From positions 160,001 to 224,000 of the forward strand of contig JBGASG010000003.1 in assembly GCA_044229845.1 (NCBI GenBank): DNA of 64,000 bases, in the 5' to 3' direction. The stretch is from Candidatus Obscuribacteraceae bacterium. Its GTDB lineage: Bacteria; Cyanobacteriota; Vampirovibrionia; Obscuribacterales; Obscuribacteraceae. Position numbers and translations under genes: made by a program. Positions 37,658 to 47,942 of the stretch are shown one piece after another; position 1 is the stretch's first letter; each line of letters starts with the position of its first letter. The notes beneath the pieces were generated by a model. The model searched no databases. It worked only from the letters and a program-made list of their open reading frames with translations, and was not told where the DNA came from.

Positions 37658-39682
37658 TCAGTGATAGAACACAGCAAAGAGCGGCGGCAAAACACGAGCC
37701 AACGCCCCGCCAATGACGAAGGCAGCCACCCAAGATCCCACCCAAATTGAGAAGGCAATTTTAGGGCCACGTTCCTTAATCATTACGCCAAGGGTGGCAA
37801 TACACGGAACGAAGAGCGTGATCACAATCATCGAAACCACGGCTTGCACTGGTGTCAGTCCAACGTCGGTTAGACCGAAGGCGGCGAAGTCGCGCCTCAC
37901 GATGCCGAGTATGAATGTAGTAGGGATGCGAGGGTCGGGCGGCAACTGCAACAGATTGACTGTAATCGGACGCAGGACATTTATGATCACATTCAGCAAT
38001 CCGGTCTCCTGCGCCACCGTAACAACCAATCCCGCGATGGCAAACATAGAAATTGACTCCTTCAAAAAGTTGAAGGACTTGGTCCAGGTTTTGCTGAGCA
38101 CGTTACCCATGCGCGGCAAACGCATCGGGGGCAGGTCGATGAGCAGTCCGACCGCCTTTCCCGGCATCAGTTTGTTGAGCATCACCCCGGTGATCCCCAG
38201 GATAGTACCGATTACGCCACCATACACAGCCCAGGGAAGAAACCCACCAACCTTCGCCAAAGTGCCAGACACGATACCAAGCTGCGCGGAACACGGAATA
38301 GCAACCCCGAGCAACGCGGTGGCGATAATTTTCTCCCGGTTTGATGACAGCAGACGCGTCGTGACGGTAGCCATGGTCACGCACCCCAGCCCCAAAATCA
38401 AAGGAATAATGGCGCGCCCGTTCAATCCAAATTTGCACAAAATTCTATCGACGAGCACCGCCAGTCGCGGCAGGTATCCAGAATCTTCGAGCAACGAAAG
38501 CCCGAAGTAGAACGCCAGCACCAGCGGAAACAGCAATCCCAGCAGATAAGTGACAGTCAGCGTCAGAACGCCGTACTCGCCGGCTAAGGCATTGGCGATG
38601 GCACTGACGATGCCCGGATGGGCCCAGAAGTCGTAGGTCACCGTATCCGGTGGCACAGTCGCACGCGCACTATCGAACTTTTGAGCCAGCGTCGGATCGG
38701 CTGATGTGCCGCCGGTGAAATCGAATACTTCTTTGCCGACGGTAATCTTGGCGGGAGAAACGGTCGCTACAACGCGCCGAACAAGCGGCTCGTAGTACAC
38801 ACGCATGCCGGCCTTTTCGGTGAAATTGACCAGGTCGCCGGCGATCCAGATTCCCAACAATTGATAGAAGAGCAGATAGCAAACGGCGAAGCACACTATG
38901 CTGCCGTACCAAGGATGTAGAAGAAACCGACCCAGCCGCGCGGAAAAACTGGGCTTATCGGTTGTATGTTGAACAATGCGGCCGACGAGTTCGTTGACAC
39001 GCTTACGGCGCGCTCGATAGACAGTTGCCTGCATGTTTGGCGGAGCATTGGAAAACGTAGCAGCAGAGACTTCATCGCCTTCAATGGCCAGAACTGCGGC
39101 TGCGCGACTGCCACCATCTGCAACCAGCGGCGCGATCAGTTCTTGCATTTCAAGAGTAGTATCGGCAACGGTGGCACGTAAAACCGCTGTCGCAATTTGA
39201 TCGACCCCTTCACCGCGCACAGCCACTGTTTGCAAAACAGGCACGCCCAGTTCAGTTTCGAGTTTTCCGAAATCGATCTTTAGCCCGCGATCCTTCGCCT
39301 CATCGCACTGATTGACGACGACGATCATTTCCTTGCCCATGTCGAGCAGCTGCAATGTCAGAAACAAATCGCGATCCAGACTGAGAGCCGAAACCACGTT
39401 GACGATCGTTTCCGCCTCCAAAATCATCCCTCGCGCAATGCGCTCTTCATCGTTGAAGCTGGAGACGCCGTAAATGCCTGGAGTGTCCGTCAGCTCATTG
39501 TTTCCCAGTTTGCCGTGGGAAATGTCGATGGTCGTTCCGGGGTAATTGGACACGTCGGCTTTAGCGCCGGTGAGCGCGTTGAACAGCGCGGACTTGCCCA
39601 CATTCGGGTTGCCGGCCAGTGCAATTCGTCTGACGCGGGAAGCAGATGCCGTATCGGTTGCCACTGACGCGCGGGCAGCCAT
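37658..39682 (-). CDS. feoB: Ferrous iron transporter FeoB
   Basis: GNPNVGKS, NYPGTT, DTPG, LEDSGYLPRLA, GLGC, IPCSAQ and LFVPCIAT motifs; start reassigned to ATG 39682. Confidence 0.95.
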   Translation of the reverse strand: MAARASVATDTASASRVRRIALAGNPNVGKSALFNALTGAKADVSNYPGTTIDISHGKLGNNELTDTPGIYGVSSFNDEERIARGMILEAETIVNVVSALSLDRDLFLTLQLLDMGKEMIVVVNQCDEAKDRGLKIDFGKLETELGVPVLQTVAVRGEGVDQIATAVLRATVADTTLEMQELIAPLVADGGSRAAAVLAIEGDEVSAATFSNAPPNMQATVYRARRKRVNELVGRIVQHTTDKPSFSARLGRFLLHPWYGSIVCFAVCYLLFYQLLGIWIAGDLVNFTEKAGMRVYYEPLVRRVVATVSPAKITVGKEVFDFTGGTSADPTLAQKFDSARATVPPDTVTYDFWAHPGIVSAIANALAGEYGVLTLTVTYLLGLLFPLVLAFYFGLSLLEDSGYLPRLAVLVDRILCKFGLNGRAIIPLILGLGCVTMATVTTRLLSSNREKIIATALLGVAIPCSAQLGIVSGTLAKVGGFLPWAVYGGVIGTILGITGVMLNKLMPGKAVGLLIDLPPMRLPRMGNVLSKTWTKSFNFLKESISMFAIAGLVVTVAQETGLLNVIINVLRPITVNLLQLPPDPRIPTTFILGIVRRDFAAFGLTDVGLTPVQAVVSMIVITLFVPCIATLGVMIKERGPKIAFSIWVGSWVAAFVIGGALARVLPPLFAVFYH

Positions 39683-39699
39683 GAAAGGTCCTCGATTTC

Positions 39700-39718
39700 G
39701 ATATTGTGAAATATTATC
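39700..39718 (-). promoter_or_regulatory. Fur-box-like site upstream of feoB
   Basis: GATAATATTTCACAATATC, 13/19 match to the consensus GATAATGATAATCATTATC. Confidence 0.55.
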
Positions 39719-39840
39719 AAGCGGTGCGCGCAAGCGGTCAATCCACCGGCCTTTCTAACATTTTGAGATGCATTACAGAGCTCTATGAGCCAGGTCTTTG
39801 GAACCCCGGGAGCGGCTGTGCTAGAGTCCTTCGGTCGGAA

Positions 39841-42800
39841 ATGCGAGCAATTTTGGGGATGACGAACGGGTTTACAGAGTTGTCACGCAGGTGGGTTCAC
39901 CTGGTCTGCACTGCGGTGCTGTTTCTCCAGTACAGCTGCTTGCCGCTGGCAGTCAGCGCGCAAAGCGATGCCGCGATGGTGGACGCAGTGCCGGTCGAGA
40001 CGCAAGCAGCGGATATCAAACCGGACACGCCGCCCGCTCCGCCAGCGCAGGACGCACCGGCATCTACTGCTCCAGCCGCATCCACTGCTCCAGCCGCATC
40101 CACGACACCGACGGCAACCACTACCCCCGCCGCAGCCGCGCCGGCCGCCACAACCACTCCGGCTGCCGCAGCCACGCCGGCCGCGCACGTCCCTGGGCAT
40201 CCGGAAGAGTTCGTGCTGCCAAACGGGCTGAAGGTCCTGATCGTCGAAGACCACGCCTACCCGGTCGTCTGCTGTCTGATGTGGTATCGAGTCGGTTCGC
40301 GGTACGAGCGGTTTGGCTCAACCGGACTCAGCCACCTGACCGAACACTTGATGTACAAAAACGTAGGCAGCTTCAAGTCAGGCGAGATCGGAGCCAGCAT
40401 TGCTCGCATTGGCGGTCAGTTTAACGGTTACACCAGCGACGACTTCACTGCGTTTTTCGAAACGCTGCCGACAAGCAAGCTGGAATTGGCTCTCAAAATA
40501 GAATCAGAGCGGATGCGCGGTGCGACGTTCACCGACGCAGACGTCAACGAAGAAATTGGCAACATTCAAAACGAGTTTGAACGCGAATCAAAAGACGCGA
40601 TGACCGTCCTGTCCAATGAAGTCCGCGCTGCGTTGTTTCAGCAGCACCCTTATCACAATCCCACCATGGGTTGGCGCAATGACGTGGAGAACCTCACAGC
40701 CCAGCAAGTGAAGCTGTTCTACGACCGACACTTCTGGCCCAACAACGCCACGCTCGTTCTAGTCGGCGACGTCAGTTCCAAAACAGCACTGCAGGCAGTG
40801 CAGAAGTACTTTGCGAACGTGCCCCGGTCCCCACAACCAATGCGCGAAGTTAAGGTTTTAGAGCCGATTCAACACGGCGAACGCCGAATTACCGTCAAGC
40901 ATCCCGGCAAACAGGAAATTCTCCAGGTGGCTTTCCATGCACCATCCCTGTCGGAGACTGATGCCCCCGCCATGGTCGTCCTCGAGAAATTGCTGAACAC
41001 ATCTCTTTCCGGGCGACTCAAGACCAAATTGGTAGACAGCAAAGTTTGCGCCACGGCTCAGGCTTCCTTCGAAACGAAGAAGGACCCGAGTGCCTTCAAT
41101 ATTACCTGCATAGCCATTCCCGCCACCGCAAACGCCCAGCAAAAGATGATCGAAGGTCTTGATGTCATGCTGAACCAGCTCAAGACGCAGCCGATTGCGG
41201 ACGGTGAACTGCGGCGCGCGCGCAATCAGGCAGAAGTCGCATTTTATACAGAGCGCGACGGTCCCTACCGCACCGGCTTCCACCTGGGATATTTTGAGAC
41301 GCTGGCGGGCTGGCAGAATGCCTACACCTGGCCGGAGCGGATGCGCACCGTGACCGCCGCCGACATTCAGCGCGTCGCCAAGAAATATCTGCATCCGGAC
41401 AATCGAGTTGTCGCCTGGCTGGCTGGACAATCCGCACCCAAAGCGCCAGTCAAACCGCCTGATGCTAAGGATGAGAAGCCGCCAACCAACAAGTTCGACC
41501 ATGTGAAAGTGACCGGCTACAAGACCGACGATGAAGCAGTCGGTCCCGGCTCCGATTCTACTAACTCGAAATCGGTTACCTCAAAAGTGACGTCCGCGGC
41601 CGCCAGTGGCGTTGGCAACACCGTTTCCACCGCCGGCAAAGCGGTCGGAACGACCGTTTCTACCGCCGGCAAAGCAGTGGGTTCGACCGTCAGCACCGCC
41701 GGCAAAGCAGTAGGAACTACCGTCAGCACCGCCGGCAAGGTAGTAGGTACGACTGTCTCGACTGCTGGACAGGCAGTTGAGACTACGTTGAACACCGCCG
41801 AAAAGGCAGTTTCCACCACTGCCACCGCCATCGGTGCTATCGTCAGCACCCCGGCAGGCATTGGCACCAAGCTGTTGAGGGCTGCCACACCGGACGGAAA
41901 GAGCCCCGACAATTTCGCCCAGCGCGTCGAGAAGCGGACACTGAAGAACGGCATGACGCTGCTCGTTTACGAATCGCATCTGAGCCCGATCGTCCAGATA
42001 TCGGGGCTGGTCAAGGCCGGCGAAGCGTACGAACCGCATGGCCGACGTGGACTGGCATCGCTGGCCTGCTATCTAATGAATCAAGGTTCGACCAAGCGTA
42101 CGCGACAGCAACTGCTACAGCAGCAAGAAGACCTCGGGCTCTCGGCGAACCAGATGCTCACCTTTGAAGAAGAGTTGCAAACTATCGGTTTTCAGGCTCG
42201 TTGCCTCTCGCGCGATTTGCCGACCGAACTGGACATCGTGGGCGACTCGCTGATCAACCCGCCACTATCCGACGACGATATCGAAAGCGCCCAACAGGCA
42301 ATGCCCGGTGTTTTGAAACGCTCGGAGAATCAATCTGACCGCGTCGAGCGCGTTATGCTGCAGAGCTTACTCGCCAACACCTGCGCCTATCGCCCCGCTG
42401 ATCCAATGGAAAAAGCACGCACCATCGGCGGCGCCACACCCGCTGACGTACAGAAGTACTTCGCCAACAACATCGTGCCCGGAGGCACCACTATTGTCAT
42501 CGCCGGTGATATCAGTGCAGACCAGGCAGTAAATCTGGCGGAACGCTCATTCGGACGCTGGTCGGCAAAGGCTGCGCGCCCGAAATTGACCACCCAGCCG
42601 GCTCAGCATCGGGTTCTCAAAACTTCGGTGCCAGTCGCCAGCAAAGCTCGGCATACGGTCTGTTTCGGTCAGTTGGTTCCGATAACGCCCGCGCACCACG
42701 ATTACGGCAGCTTCTTGATCGCTGATTCCGTGTTGGACAATCATCCGATAATATCGCGCATCGCCCGACGATTGAGCAGCGAGCCAAATCTGGCTACTGC

Positions 42801-43239
42801 TCTCAATGAAGACGGCGTAGAGACGAGACTGGAGCCGATCACTCATTACACAATCTGGTCGGTGATCGCTTCTGTGGAACCGAATGCAGTACCGACGGCG
42901 GTGCGAGCGCTACAGGAAGAATTGCGGACGATTGCCAAAACCGGCATCACACCTGATGAGTGCGCTGAAGTAAAACGCTATCTGCTGGGCTCGATTCCGG
43001 TTCGCAAGTTCGCTACACTGTCCAGCGTGGCGCGCACCGCGCTCAACTCCAGCCTGCACGAAGATGATCCGAATGGATATTTATCAGCCATGGACAGCGT
43101 GCGCTCTGCCAGCGCCGAATCCGTTAATAAGATCATTCGCGGGTCATTTAAGCCCGATCAGTGCACCCTGGTGGTGGCCGGTAATGCCCAAACGATTCGC
43201 GCGGCACGTAGTCAAGCGCAAACAAACACCTCTCGATAA
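39841..43239 (+). CDS. Secreted M16 (pitrilysin/PqqL-like) zinc peptidase, fused two-half form; start 39841 or 39859
   Basis: Signal peptide, LPNGLKV, WYRVGS, GLSHLTEH (HxxEH), NGYTS and HPY; second half (LKNGM...) lacks HxxEH. Confidence 0.92.
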   Translation: MRAILGMTNGFTELSRRWVHLVCTAVLFLQYSCLPLAVSAQSDAAMVDAVPVETQAADIKPDTPPAPPAQDAPASTAPAASTAPAASTTPTATTTPAAAAPAATTTPAAAATPAAHVPGHPEEFVLPNGLKVLIVEDHAYPVVCCLMWYRVGSRYERFGSTGLSHLTEHLMYKNVGSFKSGEIGASIARIGGQFNGYTSDDFTAFFETLPTSKLELALKIESERMRGATFTDADVNEEIGNIQNEFERESKDAMTVLSNEVRAALFQQHPYHNPTMGWRNDVENLTAQQVKLFYDRHFWPNNATLVLVGDVSSKTALQAVQKYFANVPRSPQPMREVKVLEPIQHGERRITVKHPGKQEILQVAFHAPSLSETDAPAMVVLEKLLNTSLSGRLKTKLVDSKVCATAQASFETKKDPSAFNITCIAIPATANAQQKMIEGLDVMLNQLKTQPIADGELRRARNQAEVAFYTERDGPYRTGFHLGYFETLAGWQNAYTWPERMRTVTAADIQRVAKKYLHPDNRVVAWLAGQSAPKAPVKPPDAKDEKPPTNKFDHVKVTGYKTDDEAVGPGSDSTNSKSVTSKVTSAAASGVGNTVSTAGKAVGTTVSTAGKAVGSTVSTAGKAVGTTVSTAGKVVGTTVSTAGQAVETTLNTAEKAVSTTATAIGAIVSTPAGIGTKLLRAATPDGKSPDNFAQRVEKRTLKNGMTLLVYESHLSPIVQISGLVKAGEAYEPHGRRGLASLACYLMNQGSTKRTRQQLLQQQEDLGLSANQMLTFEEELQTIGFQARCLSRDLPTELDIVGDSLINPPLSDDDIESAQQAMPGVLKRSENQSDRVERVMLQSLLANTCAYRPADPMEKARTIGGATPADVQKYFANNIVPGGTTIVIAGDISADQAVNLAERSFGRWSAKAARPKLTTQPAQHRVLKTSVPVASKARHTVCFGQLVPITPAHHDYGSFLIADSVLDNHPIISRIARRLSSEPNLATALNEDGVETRLEPITHYTIWSVIASVEPNAVPTAVRALQEELRTIAKTGITPDECAEVKRYLLGSIPVRKFATLSSVARTALNSSLHEDDPNGYLSAMDSVRSASAESVNKIIRGSFKPDQCTLVVAGNAQTIRAARSQAQTNTSR
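41611..41841 (+). repeat. 33-bp/11-aa repeat (VGTTVSTAGKA) x6-7 inside the M16 peptidase
   Basis: VGNTVSTAGKA VGTTVSTAGKA VGSTVSTAGKA VGTTVSTAGKV VGTTVSTAGQA VETTLNTAEKA. Confidence 0.9.
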
Positions 43240-43583
43240 CCTCTCTTGACAAAGAGAAATTTACAAACAGGCTAACGAAAAATATATGCGCCCCATTGGT
43301 GGTGCATGAGTGGTGCATATTCGAGATCGTTGTCAAACAACATCAAGATCGGCATCAGTACTGGGTTGCAGCAAACCTTGTCGACAGAGTACGAAAAAAG
43401 CACTGCCAAAAAGCCGCATAAGTCCCGTAAACTCAGCTGTTACAGCCTTTTCGCGGGTTGTCAATTAATTAATCTAACTAGCTAAAACAGCCAATATGGC
43501 TCAAACTATAATGGCGTTCATTGGCATTAAATCGCACGCGTCTGTGCGAAAGTTCCTGAAGTTCTCACGGAGAAAAATCCACG

Positions 43584-44276
43584 TTGATTAGCGAACGAGA
43601 GAAACTAGAATACGAATCCCTCCCCGAGTTCGTGCGCGAGCCTCGCGTCACCCCTCGTGATTCGTACGCTGCTGCAAAAGCGACTGCGCCACAGCAAGCG
43701 ACAAAAACTACATCTCCATATACTGCAGAATTTGAAAAACCGCTGCCCAAAGCAGCAGAACTGGAAGTGCTGTGGCCCGGCGTTGGCGCCGATTTCATCC
43801 ACAGCAGCCGCCGCGGTCCCAGCTTCTATTTGATGCTTGGCTTCATGGGCGGTGCCGTTGCTTCCTTGATTGCTGTCTTCAGCTTCTCTGTCGTCACCGG
43901 CATGGTCGCTCACTCGCCCGCCGATAAGGGCATTGTGGTCGCCCAGGGCAACACCTCCAGCACGTCGCAAATGCGCAGCGGCTTCACCACCGCCGGCGGC
44001 ACGAACAACTCACCGGCAACGACACAACCAGGTGTCACCACCATTAGTGGCGCCGCCGATGTTGTTTTGCCCTCCGTCTCCACCTACGAAGTGAAGACCG
44101 GCGACACCCTGGCCGGCATTGCGCTTCAGACCTACAAGCGTGCCACGCCGCGGCTTCTCGATGAGATCTGCCGCGCCAACGGCATGCGCAATGCCGACGT
44201 GCTCAGCCTGGGACAAAAGCTGGTCCTGCCTGAGTATCACCCACAACAAGTTGCCAACACTGGCACCATCAACTAA
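43584..44276 (+). CDS. Single-TM LysM peptidoglycan-binding protein
   Basis: TM segment followed by YEVKTGDTLAGIA...ICRANGM...LSLGQKLVLP; GGAG SD before the TTG. Confidence 0.88.
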   Translation: MISEREKLEYESLPEFVREPRVTPRDSYAAAKATAPQQATKTTSPYTAEFEKPLPKAAELEVLWPGVGADFIHSSRRGPSFYLMLGFMGGAVASLIAVFSFSVVTGMVAHSPADKGIVVAQGNTSSTSQMRSGFTTAGGTNNSPATTQPGVTTISGAADVVLPSVSTYEVKTGDTLAGIALQTYKRATPRLLDEICRANGMRNADVLSLGQKLVLPEYHPQQVANTGTIN

Positions 44277-44287
44277 TAATCGGTGCA

Positions 44288-46237
44288 GTGGAAAACATAA
44301 AGCCTAGCGTGGAAGACGTCTTTGCACGTCTGTCCGAATATTTTCCTGCGTACGAACACCGCCCGCAGCAGATTGAGTTTGCGCTGGCAGTCGAGCGATC
44401 CATCAAAACCGGCAAGCCTGGCATATTTGAAGCCGGCACGGGCACCGGCAAGACGCTCGCTGCCATGATTCCCTGTGCCCTCTCGGGGAAGAAGGTGGTA
44501 ATCTCCAGTGCCACCATATCTTTGCAGGAACAATACATCCACAAAGATATTCCGACACTACAGGCGATACTACCCTTCGATATCAAAGCGGTGTTATTGA
44601 AAGGGCGCGGTAATTATCTAGGCTTGCGGCGGTATCACGAACACGTCATGGAGCAAGAACTGGATCCTCGCATTCCAGCTTGGGCTGCAGCCACTACAAC
44701 CGGTGATGTGGCGGAACTCGACTTTGTGCCGACAGCCGAGCAATGGACGGAAATAAATTCCGATTCCGACGACTGTCTGCGCCATAAGTGTCCAAGCTTC
44801 AACGAATGCCACTACTTCAAAGCCAAGAAAGAAGCAGAACAAGCCGACATTCTGGTCGTCAACCACGCGCTGCTTCTGATCGATGCCATCAGCGGCGGCA
44901 ATGTCTTGCCCAAATACGACATTCTGGTCATCGACGAGGCTCACCAGCTGCCCGAAATTGCCACCAAGGCATTCAGTGTCGCCATGAGCAATCGCGGCAT
45001 TCAGGTGTTCTGCACGCGCGCACTGAAAAACGTCAATGCACCTGCCTACCTTGTGCACAATGTCGAAGAGCTGGGGATGGAGTTCTTCCAGCGCCTTGCA
45101 TACGCATGCAACGGCCAGCGCACGAGATTGCGCAAACCAGTCGAGGGTATATCCGAATTACATGCGGCTCTGGTGGCGCTTGAAGAATGGCTGGAGAAAC
45201 AAGAGTTCACCGACGTTCTCGAAGTCGACAATCAACGCGAGAAAGCCAAACTGAAAGCAAAGAAACTGCTGTCTACGGTCAGCAGCTATATCGAATGCCT
45301 GGACCTTCTCAGCACCAGCAACCCTGACTGGGTGTTCTGGGTGGACAAGCAGGAAGGCTTCAAAGCGCGTGTGGAGTTAGTTGGCGCGCCACTGGCGATT
45401 GATAGATTTCTCAACGACCATATATTCCACAAAGAAGATCTGCAGACTTCAATCTGGATGTCCGCCACGCTTGCCACTGCCGGCAGTGATCCGTTCCGCT
45501 TCTTTAAAACACAGATCGGCGCACCCAATGGTGTCATTCAGGCCAAGATTGCCAGTCCGTTCGACTACAAACAGCAATCAGTTTTATATCTACCGCGCAA
45601 TCTTCCGGAGCCGAATACACGCGATTTCACCTGGCAGGCTTGCGAGGAAATCAACAACCTTTTGCACATAAGCAATGGGCGCGCATTCGTGCTCTTCACG
45701 AGCTACAACGCGATGAATGCCACTTACGATGCACTGCAGCAGCGCATTCCATTCGAGTGTAAGAAACAGGGAGAAATGCCGCGGAAGAAACTCATCGAAT
45801 GGTTTCGTTCCACTCCTAATGCGGTTCTCTTCGCTACGGCCAGTTTCTGGGAAGGCGTTTCGGTCGACGGCGAGCAGCTCAGCTGCGTAATCATCGATCG
45901 CATCCCGTTCCAATCGCCGGACGATCCAGTTTACGAGGCTCGTTGCGAGCTGATGCAGCAAGATCAAGAACGCAGTTGGTTCAATGATCTGGCTCTGCCT
46001 TATGCCATCATGCGACTGAAGCAGGGCGTGGGACGCCTGATTCGAACACGCTCAGACCGCGGAATTGTGGCTATTCTCGACCCTCGCATTACACAGAAAC
46101 GATATGGACGCACCATCCTCGATTCGCTTCCGCCGATGCGTGTTACGCAGGATATCAAGCAATCGAAGTCGGTGGACGATATTCTTGCCATAGGATATCC
46201 AAACGCAATAAAAAGCCCGACAAATCTCCCACATTAA
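44288..46237 (+). CDS. DinG/YoaA-family ATP-dependent DNA helicase
   Basis: RPQQ, EAGTGTGKT, LKGRGNY, Fe-S Cys, VVNHALL, DEAH, SATL, SFWEGVS and QGVGRLIR motifs. Confidence 0.95.
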   Translation: MENIKPSVEDVFARLSEYFPAYEHRPQQIEFALAVERSIKTGKPGIFEAGTGTGKTLAAMIPCALSGKKVVISSATISLQEQYIHKDIPTLQAILPFDIKAVLLKGRGNYLGLRRYHEHVMEQELDPRIPAWAAATTTGDVAELDFVPTAEQWTEINSDSDDCLRHKCPSFNECHYFKAKKEAEQADILVVNHALLLIDAISGGNVLPKYDILVIDEAHQLPEIATKAFSVAMSNRGIQVFCTRALKNVNAPAYLVHNVEELGMEFFQRLAYACNGQRTRLRKPVEGISELHAALVALEEWLEKQEFTDVLEVDNQREKAKLKAKKLLSTVSSYIECLDLLSTSNPDWVFWVDKQEGFKARVELVGAPLAIDRFLNDHIFHKEDLQTSIWMSATLATAGSDPFRFFKTQIGAPNGVIQAKIASPFDYKQQSVLYLPRNLPEPNTRDFTWQACEEINNLLHISNGRAFVLFTSYNAMNATYDALQQRIPFECKKQGEMPRKKLIEWFRSTPNAVLFATASFWEGVSVDGEQLSCVIIDRIPFQSPDDPVYEARCELMQQDQERSWFNDLALPYAIMRLKQGVGRLIRTRSDRGIVAILDPRITQKRYGRTILDSLPPMRVTQDIKQSKSVDDILAIGYPNAIKSPTNLPH

Positions 46238-46301
46238 GGGAGTTGTTGTCGCCCACGACGATTTTCCAGAACACGCGAAAAACGTCAGCTGATCGCGTGC
46301 G

Positions 46302-46766
46302 TTAAACTCCCTCTTCCTCGGCATCTACGACGGCGGCAGACGGCTCGTCTTGCCGGATCAACACCAGATTTACGGGGCAGTGGTCCACCAGATAGTGCAC
46401 GATCGGGTCGCGCGCCATCAAAAATCTCGGCTTAGCCTGAAAATTCATCGTGCCCACGAAGAGCATGTCGATCTCCATTTCTGTGGCGGCTTTGACAATG
46501 CCCGGACCGACCTCACCCACTTTTACAGCGCCCGAGGCTTTGACTCCCTCGCCCTGTAACTGGCCGACCACCATGTTGATCTGCTCTTGGGCCTTTTCAA
46601 CAGGACGATCTGTAGCAATTAACTGGGCGACAATACCCACCTTTTCAGCATCAGGAATGACGCGCAGCAGAACCACCTCGGCGCCCAGCGCCTTTGCCTG
46701 GCGAGCCGCAGCTTCAACAGTCCTGGCGCTGCGTTTGGGGCTACTGAAAGCGACCATGAAACGCAT
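46302..46766 (-). CDS. Universal stress protein
   Basis: FMVAFS..S, GEVGPGIVKAA..IDMLFVGT and LVDHCPVNLVLI; GAGG SD. Confidence 0.85.
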   Translation of the reverse strand: MRFMVAFSSPKRSARTVEAAARQAKALGAEVVLLRVIPDAEKVGIVAQLIATDRPVEKAQEQINMVVGQLQGEGVKASGAVKVGEVGPGIVKAATEMEIDMLFVGTMNFQAKPRFLMARDPIVHYLVDHCPVNLVLIRQDEPSAAVVDAEEEGV

Positions 46767-46788
46767 CTTTTCTAAGCCTCCTCAGCCA

Positions 46789-47838
46789 TTAGCCGTGCCA
46801 GATCAGTCGCAGTACAAAATAGCAGACTGCAGCAATAGTTGCCGCAACCGGCAAGGTCAATACCCAGGCCAGCAGGATCAAGTTGAGGGTCTTGGTGTTC
46901 AGTTTTTCCCTGCCGTACATGGGCAAGGTGCCACCCGCCACGGCAGAGCTGAGCGTGTGTGTGGTGCTGATTGGGGCACCGACGTGTGAAGCCACCAGAA
47001 TAATAATCGCAGTCGCCATCGAGGCACCGAAGCCCTGGGAGTGACTGAGACGCTCACGACTGATCTTGGTGCCGACAGTGCGGATCACTCGCCAGCCGCC
47101 GATCACAGTGCCTGCCGCAATCGCGGCCGCTGCCGACAGCATCACCCAGAGCGGCACCTTATCGTGAGTGTATCCATACGCGGCAAAGTGCGTCGCCAGG
47201 ATCAACGTGATGATGCCCATGGTCTTTTGACCATCATTGCTTCCATGGCTAAAACTCACGGAACCACTGCTCAGAACGTGCAGCCAGCGCATAAATCTGG
47301 GGTGAAGTTGATGACTGCTACCGGGGTTTTCCTTTTCTTTGGAGTAAAGCAATGCCAGCCAGGTCAGCAGCGCACCGCCGAGGAAACCAGTTACCGGAGA
47401 AATCAAAAGGGCTAATCCAACCTTACTGAGCTCGTGCCAATCGACTCCATTAAAGTCATTGGCCGCTACCCCGGCACCACATAAAGCGCCAATCAGGCAG
47501 TGCGACGAGCTGACCGGCAAGCCATACCACCAGGTGAGAAGATTCCAGATAACCGCAGCCAGCAACACACTGACGACGATCGTCAATGTCACTTTGTCCT
47601 GCGGAATTATTTTGGTAATCGACTGGGCAACCGCGGTGCCCACCAGGACGGCGCCCAAAAGATTGAGAAATCCGCTCATCATGATGGCTACGTTTGGCTT
47701 GAGCGCTTTGGTATAGATGACGGTGGCTACAGCGTTCGCCGTGTCATGAAAACCGTTAACGAAGTCAAAACCCAGAGCGAGAATGATGGCGACGACGGCA
47801 ACGAAAGTGTCGATTGTGAAAGCCAAATTGCAGTCCAT
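46789..47838 (-). CDS. PiT-family inorganic phosphate transporter
   Basis: NGFHDTANAVAT, GLPVSSSH, SHGSNDGQKTMG, GGWRVIRTVG and PISTTH motifs. Confidence 0.95.
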   Translation of the reverse strand: MDCNLAFTIDTFVAVVAIILALGFDFVNGFHDTANAVATVIYTKALKPNVAIMMSGFLNLLGAVLVGTAVAQSITKIIPQDKVTLTIVVSVLLAAVIWNLLTWWYGLPVSSSHCLIGALCGAGVAANDFNGVDWHELSKVGLALLISPVTGFLGGALLTWLALLYSKEKENPGSSHQLHPRFMRWLHVLSSGSVSFSHGSNDGQKTMGIITLILATHFAAYGYTHDKVPLWVMLSAAAAIAAGTVIGGWRVIRTVGTKISRERLSHSQGFGASMATAIIILVASHVGAPISTTHTLSSAVAGGTLPMYGREKLNTKTLNLILLAWVLTLPVAATIAAVCYFVLRLIWHG

Positions 47839-47942
47839 TCCTATAGTGGAACTACTACGTCGATAGGCGAAGTTTACCTATGTGCGCAGTATAGGTGCAG
47901 CAGCACTAAGGAGTGGTTATGAGGAGCGAATCTGCTTAAAAC

